Shown here piece after piece: positions 8,709 to 15,863 of a stretch of DNA of 64,000 bases (the first letter of the stretch is position 1; every line of letters starts with the position of its first letter). This DNA comes from Chloroflexota bacterium. GTDB lineage: Bacteria > Chloroflexota > Anaerolineae > Anaerolineales > UBA11579. The position numbers and the translations under genes were made by a program. The stretch covers positions 16,205 to 80,204 of the forward strand of contig QWJF01000003.1 in assembly GCA_009391835.1 (NCBI GenBank). The letters are read 5' to 3'. Under the pieces are notes generated by a model. That model ran no database searches, was not told the origin of the DNA, and saw nothing but the letters and a program-made list of their open reading frames with translations.

Positions 8709-9563
8709 TCAGGGGTTTAGCTGAAGCGCTACGCTGCTTACATGGATTAGGCCGCCATCGCGGGGCGATGCGGCATAGAGCACAAGGCGAGCCGGCGTGG
8801 TTGCGGTTACGGAGTAGGAAATCGTGGCAGAGAAGGGGCCGGGCTGACCAATATCAGGAGAATCAATGGTGATGGACCCTGATGCAAGCACATTATCCAC
8901 TGTGCCGCATAACAACTCTGCGGGGCCATTGCCGCCCCCACCACACAGCATCCAACCCAAATTGCTCTCGAAATAATATTCCGAATAGCCACTTACCTGG
9001 AACTGGCCTCCACTTTCCTGAGCGGCATTTTGGGGTGCACTTATCTGGATGCTCTCAAAGGTGGTTGTGGATTGGAAAAGCTGGGAGGAGCCGCCGGGAA
9101 GCAAAATCACTTCTGCGCTGGACAGGTGCACAATGCCGCCGTCCATGGCGCTGGTTGAATACACTGAGATGCGCCCCGGTTGCTGACTCGAAACGCTAAA
9201 GGGGAGCTGCGCACTAAAGGCACCGCGCTCACCAAGAGGCGATTGGATCGTGGTGGGCTGCAGGGCCAATTGCGCCCCATCTTCCCCGACTACCATAAGA
9301 ACCAGATTTTGCTCAAAGGTGGAATCCGCTTCGCCCTGCACAGTGGTTTGGAAAGTGATCTGGGAACCAGACGCGGGTTGCATGATGAGGATGGCTTCGA
9401 GCGGTTCGCTATTGGCCGGCGGAGAGGAGGGAGAAGTGCTTGGGGTGGCCGCCGCCGTGGCTGAGGGAATTGCGGGACTGGGCGTTGCCGCGGCAGGAAG
9501 ATTGCAAGCCACTAGCAATAGCAAAATAAGTGATGCAGCGTAAATTTTTATTTTGAAGGCCAT
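8709..9563 (-). CDS. secreted lipoprotein with two Gmad2-like immunoglobulin-like domains
   Basis: The signal peptide plus lipobox is MAFKIKIYAASLILLLLVAC. A Pro/Ser/Ala linker follows. Two similar beta-rich modules each end in ...DGGIVHLSSAEVILLP and ...DGGLIHVSSVALQLNP. Confidence 0.6.
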   Translation of the reverse strand: MAFKIKIYAASLILLLLVACNLPAAATPSPAIPSATAAATPSTSPSSPPANSEPLEAILIMQPASGSQITFQTTVQGEADSTFEQNLVLMVVGEDGAQLALQPTTIQSPLGERGAFSAQLPFSVSSQQPGRISVYSTSAMDGGIVHLSSAEVILLPGGSSQLFQSTTTFESIQISAPQNAAQESGGQFQVSGYSEYYFESNLGWMLCGGGGNGPAELLCGTVDNVLASGSITIDSPDIGQPGPFSATISYSVTATTPARLVLYAASPRDGGLIHVSSVALQLNP

Positions 9564-9568
9564 AAGAC

Positions 9569-9597
9569 ATTATGACATTAAGTTGAATTCCGGGCAA
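9569..9597 (-). promoter_or_regulatory. candidate promoter giving a leaderless or near-leaderless lipoprotein mRNA
   Basis: On the minus strand: TTGCCC (9592-9597), a 17-nt spacer, CATAAT (9569-9574), then only 5 nt (gtctt) before the ATG at 9563. No SD is present. Confidence 0.3.
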
Positions 9598-9610
9598 CGC
9601 AGAAAAATGC

Positions 9611-10924
9611 CTATCCGCGATGATCCCAAGATTCACGAAGTTGTTCAACGAGGAACACGCTGCCGAAGGCCAGCAGAAGAGTTCCTTTCGCGGAGACCTG
9701 CATGGCAATCTCAAAAGCGTCGGCGGGAACCCTAACTGGCTGCGCCTCCACACCGATTTCCCCGAGGCGTGTCGCCAGTTCTTCAGCCGGCATGGCGCGC
9801 GGGTGGCTTGATTGGGTGGCGATTACTGATCCCAAACGACCTTCAAGGGGCACAACTAAACCAGCTAAATCCTTATCGGCTGAGACACCGATCAGCACCA
9901 CCAGGGGATGATTGGGGAAAAGTTCGTCCAGCGTGTGGCGCAGCGCGATGGCCGCCGCGGGGGTGTGGGCCGCATCCAGCACGACGGGTGGATCGGGCTG
10001 AAGCAATTCAAAGCGGCCGGGCCAATTTGCATTGGCGAAGCCGGCGCGGATTGCTGGAAGGTCAAGAGCAAGGCCTGAGGCGGTTAAGGCAGCATAGGCT
10101 GTGGCCGCGTTTTGAGCCTGGTGGGCGCCGATGAGTTTTATCTCCAGATCAACTTTATTGTCGGGGTCGGCGGGCCTCCAAATGCCGAGACGTTGGCCCC
10201 CAACTCCAACATCCAAACGTTCATAAAGCACATCTTCGCCAACCTGAATGAATTGAGCCGCTTGGGCATTAGCGGTGGCCCGCAATACGCCCAGCACCTC
10301 TGGTGCCTGCGGGGCGCTGACCACAGGAACACCACGCTTGATAATGCCGGCTTTGTGGGCGGCAATCACCTCCAGATTTTTTCCAAGAATCGAGCGATGC
10401 TCAAGATCAATCGGGGTGATAACGGAAACCAGGGGGGTGATTACGTTGGTGGCATCCAGCCGCCCACCGAGGCCCACCTCAATGACCGCCACATCCACCT
10501 TGCTACGGGCAAAATATAAAAAGGCGAGGCCGGTAACCAACTCGAAGCGAGTTAGCCCGGGGATCTGTTGCGCGGCAATTTTTACTTCGATTATCAGGGC
10601 TGTGGCTTGGGCGGGCGAGATCGCTTGATTGTCAACGCTAATCCCATGCAAAGGCCCTGCCCCATGTGGAGAGGTGTAAAGGCCGACGCAATAGCCGCCG
10701 GCCTGCTGTGCTGCAGCGCATAGTACGCTGACGGATCCCTTGCCATTGGTGCCAGCGATATGGAAGCTGGGGAATTCTTGCTCGGGGTTTCCCAATATGG
10801 AAAGTAGTTTGACGATCTTATCCAGGGAAAACGAGCCGGCGCTTAGCGCTTGTTGAGGTTGGAGACTCAAATCAAGGTAAGCATCCAGAGCGTGATAAAC
10901 ATCGTCCCAATCAGAACTCTGCAT
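9611..10924 (-). CDS. folC: bifunctional folylpolyglutamate synthase / dihydrofolate synthase
   Basis: 437 aa. It has the Mur-ligase P-loop HIAGTNGKGSV and the FolC-type central and C-terminal domains. Confidence 0.9.
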   Translation of the reverse strand: MQSSDWDDVYHALDAYLDLSLQPQQALSAGSFSLDKIVKLLSILGNPEQEFPSFHIAGTNGKGSVSVLCAAAQQAGGYCVGLYTSPHGAGPLHGISVDNQAISPAQATALIIEVKIAAQQIPGLTRFELVTGLAFLYFARSKVDVAVIEVGLGGRLDATNVITPLVSVITPIDLEHRSILGKNLEVIAAHKAGIIKRGVPVVSAPQAPEVLGVLRATANAQAAQFIQVGEDVLYERLDVGVGGQRLGIWRPADPDNKVDLEIKLIGAHQAQNAATAYAALTASGLALDLPAIRAGFANANWPGRFELLQPDPPVVLDAAHTPAAAIALRHTLDELFPNHPLVVLIGVSADKDLAGLVVPLEGRLGSVIATQSSHPRAMPAEELATRLGEIGVEAQPVRVPADAFEIAMQVSAKGTLLLAFGSVFLVEQLRESWDHRG

Positions 10925-10926
10925 AA

Positions 10927-10974
10927 TAGGATTTTACTCTCCTGGACAACCGTGCTTAGGATTCTACTCGCCTG
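10927..10974. repeat. two 18-bp direct repeats (16/18 identical) with 30-bp periodicity in the divergent folC/phnD control region
   Basis: TAGGATTTTACTCTCCTG (10927-10944) and TAGGATTCTACTCGCCTG (10957-10974), read directly from the sequence. Confidence 0.6.
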
Positions 10975-11071
10975 TAAAACGGCACATGTGGGGGTATGGG
11001 ATTATTAAAAGGCCGCAGTATTCAGGTAATTTTTCCACGAAAAATTTAAGGTAAGCGAACGAAGCCATCCC

Positions 11072-11100
11072 TTGATGGCCCCTCTAAAGCGCGTTATGAT
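11072..11100 (+). promoter_or_regulatory. candidate promoter for phnD
   Basis: TTGATG (11072-11077), a 17-nt spacer, then TATGAT (11095-11100), about 50 nt upstream of the phnD ATG. Confidence 0.3.
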
Positions 11101-11152
11101 TGAGCCGTGGGCTTTGCCCATAAGAATCCATCTATTCAAGGAGAAGAAACAG

Positions 11153-12127
11153 ATGAAGAAACGACTTTACCTGCTCTTCGCTCTCCTGGCAATTTCGGCC
11201 CTGCTATTGGCCGCTTGCCAACCGAGCGTTGAGCCCGTGGCTGAGGAGCCGACTGAAGAACCTGTCGAAGAAGAGCATGACATGGACGCCATGGAAGAAG
11301 GGGACATGATGGACATCGGAACCGAGGACAATCCCATTATCTGGGCCCTGGTTCCTTCACAGGACACGGATGCCGTGATTGCCGGCGCTGAGCAGATTGC
11401 AGCTGCCATAGAAGAAGCCACTGGCTACGTGATTACTCCTGTGGTTACCACGGACTACACCGCGGCAGTTGAGGCGATGTGTAATGGCGAAGCTCACATG
11501 GGCGCGCTTAACACCTTCAACTACGTCCTCGCCAGCGCACGCGGCTGTGCCGACGTGCAACTGGCTTCCCAGCGCTTTGGTTCCACTTTCTATGCCGGGC
11601 AAATCATCACCCGCCCCGACACTGGCATTGAGAGCGTTGCCGACCTGGCTGGCCATACCTTCTGCCGCCCTGACCCCACCTCCACCTCTGGCTGGATTAT
11701 CCCCAGCATCGCTATGCAGGCTGAGGGCATCAACCCTGATACGGACCTGACCGAGATTGTGGACGCTGGCGGTCACGATGGCGTGGTTATCGCGGTATAC
11801 AACGGTGACTGCGACGCTGGTTCCACCTTTGTGGACGCCCGCGGCAACGTTGAAGAGGAATTCCCGGATGTACGCGAAGCCGTGATCGTCGTGGCCGAAT
11901 CGGCTCCGATTCCCAACGACACAATCAGCTTCTCCCCGGATCTTCCCGCCGACGTGGTTGAAGCAATCACAAACGCCCTTCTCGCGCTGAATGACACCGA
12001 GGACGGACAAGCGCTTCTCAATACGCTTTACAGTTGGGAAGCCCTGGTTGCCACAGACGACACTTTCTACGATGGCTTCCGTCAGCAGCTTGACGCTGCC
12101 GGCATGAGCATCGAGGATCTGCTCTAA
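11153..12127 (+). CDS. phnD: phosphonate/phosphite-type ABC transporter substrate-binding lipoprotein (PhnD family)
   Basis: I chose the ATG at 11153, which is preceded by AAGGAG. The signal peptide plus lipobox is MKKRLYLLFALLAISALLLAAC, followed by an acidic linker. PhnD-like core blocks are present (TDYTAAVEAMCNGEAHMGALNTFNYVLA, TSTSGWIIP). phnC and phnE follow. Confidence 0.8.
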   Translation: MKKRLYLLFALLAISALLLAACQPSVEPVAEEPTEEPVEEEHDMDAMEEGDMMDIGTEDNPIIWALVPSQDTDAVIAGAEQIAAAIEEATGYVITPVVTTDYTAAVEAMCNGEAHMGALNTFNYVLASARGCADVQLASQRFGSTFYAGQIITRPDTGIESVADLAGHTFCRPDPTSTSGWIIPSIAMQAEGINPDTDLTEIVDAGGHDGVVIAVYNGDCDAGSTFVDARGNVEEEFPDVREAVIVVAESAPIPNDTISFSPDLPADVVEAITNALLALNDTEDGQALLNTLYSWEALVATDDTFYDGFRQQLDAAGMSIEDLL

Positions 12128-12148
12128 GCGTTTTACGCTCTGAAGCAA

Positions 12149-12183
12149 CAAAGAAGGGAAGGGCGCTGCCCTTCCCTTCTTTG
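12149..12183 (+). terminator. strong hairpin (16-bp perfect stem) between phnD and phnC; an attenuator or partial terminator
   Basis: CAAAGAAGGGAAGGGC, loop GCT, GCCCTTCCCTTCTTTG. The downstream T-tract is weak (TATCTGTT), so it may stabilise or attenuate rather than fully terminate. Confidence 0.5.
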
Positions 12184-12233
12184 TATCTGTTGCTCTTCAG
12201 GCCCTGAATCTTTTTCTGATATCATAAACTGCC

Positions 12234-13001
12234 ATGCTCAAAGTTGAGAATCTCACGCATATTTATCCGGATGGCACCGTTGCCCTGCGTGATGTGAGTT
12301 TTGAAGTGCCCGACGGGGAGTTTCTTGGAATCATCGGGCTGAGCGGCTCCGGAAAATCCACTTTACTACGTTGCATCAACAGACTCCTGGACCCCACTGA
12401 GGGCAAGGTGATTTGGAATGGCGTTGACCTGACCGAGTTGGACCAGGCGGATCTACGCAAATCGCGCCGAGAAATCGGAATGATCTTCCAGCATTTCAAC
12501 CTCGTACGGCGCTCTTCGGTGATGACCAACGTGCTTTCTGGACGGCTCGGCTATACGGCGCCAAGCTGGAGCCTGATTAATCGGTTTAGCCGCAAAGACC
12601 GTGAAAAGGCGGTGGCTGTGCTGGAACGGATGGGAATCTCAAACAAGGCCTACAATCGAGCTGATGAGCTGAGCGGCGGCCAGCAGCAACGAGTGGGCAT
12701 TGCGCGTGCCCTGATGCAAGACCCCAAAATGATCTTGGCCGACGAACCGGTTGCCAGTCTGGACCCCGTGTTGGCGCATTCGATTCTGGGAGCCCTGGAG
12801 ACACTCAACAAAGAAGACAAGATAACCGTGCTTTGCAGCCTGCACTTCCTGGACCTAGTGCAACGCTACGCTACGCGCGTCGTTGGTTTGCGTGACGGGC
12901 GGCTGGTCTACTCAGGGAGCAAGGAAGATGTGGGAAAACTCAGTGATCAGCGCTTCAAGGATATCTACGGCGAGGAAGCCCAACGGCTGGATACAGACTG
13001 A
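12234..13001 (+). CDS. phnC: phosphonate-type ABC transporter ATP-binding protein
   Basis: 255 aa. Walker A GLSGSGKSTLLRCINRL, signature LSGGQQQRVGIARAL and Walker B ILADEP are present, with PhnC-like context. Confidence 0.9.
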   Translation: MLKVENLTHIYPDGTVALRDVSFEVPDGEFLGIIGLSGSGKSTLLRCINRLLDPTEGKVIWNGVDLTELDQADLRKSRREIGMIFQHFNLVRRSSVMTNVLSGRLGYTAPSWSLINRFSRKDREKAVAVLERMGISNKAYNRADELSGGQQQRVGIARALMQDPKMILADEPVASLDPVLAHSILGALETLNKEDKITVLCSLHFLDLVQRYATRVVGLRDGRLVYSGSKEDVGKLSDQRFKDIYGEEAQRLDTD

Positions 13002-13003
13002 GC

Positions 13004-15157
13004 ATGACTGAATCGAACCAATCTATGACAAAAACTTCTCCGCTCCAAGGCCTACTTTCCGCATTCATCCCCGGGCTTGGTCAATTCGTCGCCGGCCTAC
13101 GCGCGCGTGGGTTTTATATTTTTGCAACTGTTTTCACTATGGGCGGGCTGAGCGTGTGGACAATTGCCCAGCGCGCACGCTTCCCGGATTACGGATTAAG
13201 CCTAGGAATCTTCTTACGACTCAGTGTGCAGGCAGCCGCACTGCTGCTGTTTCTACTGGCAGCGCAAAGGCTCTTAACGCGTTTCATTCTGCATGATCCG
13301 GTTGCCCAAACGTTTAGCGGGTATGGCGTCGGCATACTTTATGTTTTAGCGGTCACATATTTGACCCAAAGTTTTCTTTCCCTTGCAGCGGCAGGTGTTG
13401 AAACTAACCAGTATCATGCCACCACGGCAGTATTCGCGGCCGCAGCAATGGCCGCCTTGTGGATCTGGCAAATCGGGGACGCGGCCCGTGTGGGAGGCTT
13501 ATCTTCCCAACAGCCCAAACCTTCTATCGGAAGCCTTATCTTTATTGCCTGCGTGATCATTTTTATTTTGGGTTACAACATCACCGGCATCAATCTGCCC
13601 AAAGCCATCAGTGAGTATCAAGACACAGCGATCCTGCTGCCGCGAATGTTCTGGCCTTGGCGGAACGCTTTTGAGTACACGCAGGAATTTGAAGAGGCAA
13701 CCCAGAAGATTCAAGCCCCCTGCCCAGCTGGCGATGAGGGCCCGCCAGCCAACTCTCCGGACCCCGACGTTGCCTGGGTAAGCGCGACGCCCACCTGCGG
13801 CGATCTCAGTGAGCGTCCCATCACGGGTGGTTTGATGCTAGGGACGGAGTTAACGATTACCGGCGGTAATTTTACGCCAGGCCAAGTAGTGGATATTTTA
13901 TGGAATAACCCGATTGGAAACGCTTTCCGGCCGCGCGGCATGGGCCCGACCGAGATCACGATTGACCTTGATGGGGGATTCAGCACGCAACTCAACATTC
14001 CAGATGCCGTAATTTCGGCAAGCACTGCGGTGGGCGCGCAAATCCACACGCTGGTGGTACGGCAATCCAGTGAGGAAGTGTTTACCGGAAGACTGAGCCA
14101 AGACATGATCCTGGCTCTGGAATTAATGCTGCAAACGATCATGATCGGCCTTATGGCCACATTCTTTGGCATCATCCTGGCTTTCCCGGTTTCCTTCCTG
14201 GCGGCGCGAAACTTAATGGCGCCAGTGGTCAGCCCGCTAAACCGGATCGTGGGAAGTGGCATTGGACTGATTGCCGGAGTTTGGGCAGGAGGCATTATCA
14301 CGGGCCAAATTGCCAACCGGCTGGGCGGACTGGCCGAAGCACCGATCCAAATTTTTCTTGCCGGCATTTTCGCAGTTGGCATGCTCGGATTGCTTGGCTT
14401 CCAATCGATCGGTACATTGTTTACCCGGTTAACGAACAGCTTAGGCGCTCAAGGCACTGGCAAGGTGCTTACGTCGCTTGTGCTGGCTGCCCTGGCAGCT
14501 GCACCGGGTTATCTGCTGGGTATCGGCTTCAGCCGCGGCATTCGCAGTATCGTGCTGGGTGACGAGGTAGCTGCACTCCAGGAAAGCACGTATGCAATCG
14601 CAGGCGCATTGCTGCTCGCGCTGGTCGCCGCGCTCTACGGTATGCTGCGCAGAAGTGGTGAAGGCGTCAAGATCGGTATGGCAATTTACACCGTCTCGCG
14701 CACGATCATGAATATTGTGCGCTCCATCGAACCGCTGATTTGGGCGATTGTGGCTTCGATCTGGGTAGGCCTGGGGCCCTTTGCGGGCACTATGGCATTG
14801 ACGGTGCATACGATTGCTGCCCTTGGCAAACTCTATTCGGAAGCTATTGAGAGCATTGATCAGGGGCCACTGGAGGCTTTGCAGGCAACCGGCGCAAATC
14901 GATTGCAGACAATTGTCTATGCAGTGGTTCCCCAAATTCTTCCACCCTTTATTTCGTTCACCATCTACCGCTGGGATATTAACGTGCGCCTTTCGACCAT
15001 CATTGGTTTGGTCGGGGGTGGCGGCATCGGTTTCGTCTTGATCCAGTGGATGCGCCTTTATCAGTATGAAAACGTGGGCATTGCAGTCTGGCTAATCACG
15101 ATCACTGTGGCCACCCTTGATTACGTAAGCTCCACCATCCGAGAGCGCTTCGTTTAG
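13004..15157 (+). CDS. phnE: PhnE-family ABC transporter permease with large lineage-specific additions
   Basis: 717 aa. The C-terminal block EALQATGANRLQTIVYAVVPQILPPFISFTIYRWDINVRLSTIIGLVGGGGIG is the PhnE signature. The canonical entry ALELMLQTIMIGLMATFFGIILAFPVSFLAARNL only appears at about residue 370. The stop-to-start gap from phnC is 2 nt. Confidence 0.85.
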   Translation: MTESNQSMTKTSPLQGLLSAFIPGLGQFVAGLRARGFYIFATVFTMGGLSVWTIAQRARFPDYGLSLGIFLRLSVQAAALLLFLLAAQRLLTRFILHDPVAQTFSGYGVGILYVLAVTYLTQSFLSLAAAGVETNQYHATTAVFAAAAMAALWIWQIGDAARVGGLSSQQPKPSIGSLIFIACVIIFILGYNITGINLPKAISEYQDTAILLPRMFWPWRNAFEYTQEFEEATQKIQAPCPAGDEGPPANSPDPDVAWVSATPTCGDLSERPITGGLMLGTELTITGGNFTPGQVVDILWNNPIGNAFRPRGMGPTEITIDLDGGFSTQLNIPDAVISASTAVGAQIHTLVVRQSSEEVFTGRLSQDMILALELMLQTIMIGLMATFFGIILAFPVSFLAARNLMAPVVSPLNRIVGSGIGLIAGVWAGGIITGQIANRLGGLAEAPIQIFLAGIFAVGMLGLLGFQSIGTLFTRLTNSLGAQGTGKVLTSLVLAALAAAPGYLLGIGFSRGIRSIVLGDEVAALQESTYAIAGALLLALVAALYGMLRRSGEGVKIGMAIYTVSRTIMNIVRSIEPLIWAIVASIWVGLGPFAGTMALTVHTIAALGKLYSEAIESIDQGPLEALQATGANRLQTIVYAVVPQILPPFISFTIYRWDINVRLSTIIGLVGGGGIGFVLIQWMRLYQYENVGIAVWLITITVATLDYVSSTIRERFV

Positions 15158-15171
15158 GTAACCCGCCAGCT

Positions 15172-15735
15172 ATGACCAGCCGAGAAGAAGCGCTCGCCAT
15201 TGTGCGCGAGCATGTGAAGAATGAAAGCCTAGTACGGCATATGCTGGCCGTGGAATCCGCAATGCGCAGCTACGCGGCGCATTTAAAAGGCGATGAGGAG
15301 TTGTGGGGGCTGGCCGGTTTGCTGCACGATTTTGACTGGGAGATCCACCCTTCCCTTGAGCAACATCCCCAAGACGGCGCGCCTATCCTGAGCGCACGCG
15401 GCGTGCCCGAAGAGATTGTGCGGGCGATTCTAAGCCATGCCAACCACACCGGCGTGCCACGCGAGACGAGCATGCAGAAAGCGCTGTACGCCTGTGACGA
15501 AATCACCGGTCTCATCACTGCTGTAGCGCTGGTGCGGCCTTCAAAATCCATCCACGATGTAAAGGTCAAATCGATCAAAAAGAAGTGGAAAGACAAATCT
15601 TTCGCGGCGGGCACTCGGCGGGACGAGATGGAAGAAGCGGCGTCAGAGTTTGGCGTGGAGCTTTGGAAACACGCGGAAAACGTGTTGGTGGCAATGCAGA
15701 GCATTGCACCAGCACTGGGATTGGAGGGAATCTAA
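15172..15735 (+). CDS. HD-domain metal-dependent phosphohydrolase family protein
   Basis: 187 aa. It has an HD dyad in GLLHDFDWE plus upstream and downstream His residues (VRHMLAV, SHANH). It starts 14 nt after phnE. Confidence 0.7.
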   Translation: MTSREEALAIVREHVKNESLVRHMLAVESAMRSYAAHLKGDEELWGLAGLLHDFDWEIHPSLEQHPQDGAPILSARGVPEEIVRAILSHANHTGVPRETSMQKALYACDEITGLITAVALVRPSKSIHDVKVKSIKKKWKDKSFAAGTRRDEMEEAASEFGVELWKHAENVLVAMQSIAPALGLEGI

Positions 15736-15863
15736 GGCTACTTAGGGGAAACAGGGGGTGATTGGCACAGATATTGCTACATCTGTTTTGATGAGTATCT
15801 ACAAGAAGGCAAAACTCAACTCTGGCCGAAGAGCGCTTGAGCGATTTATTCCGGGGGCGCAAC

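Noticed and set aside
11072-11152. The upstream start for phnD at 11072.
   Set aside because: The ATG at 11153 is preceded by AAGGAG and gives a textbook lipoprotein signal peptide. The 27 extra residues would bury the signal peptide.
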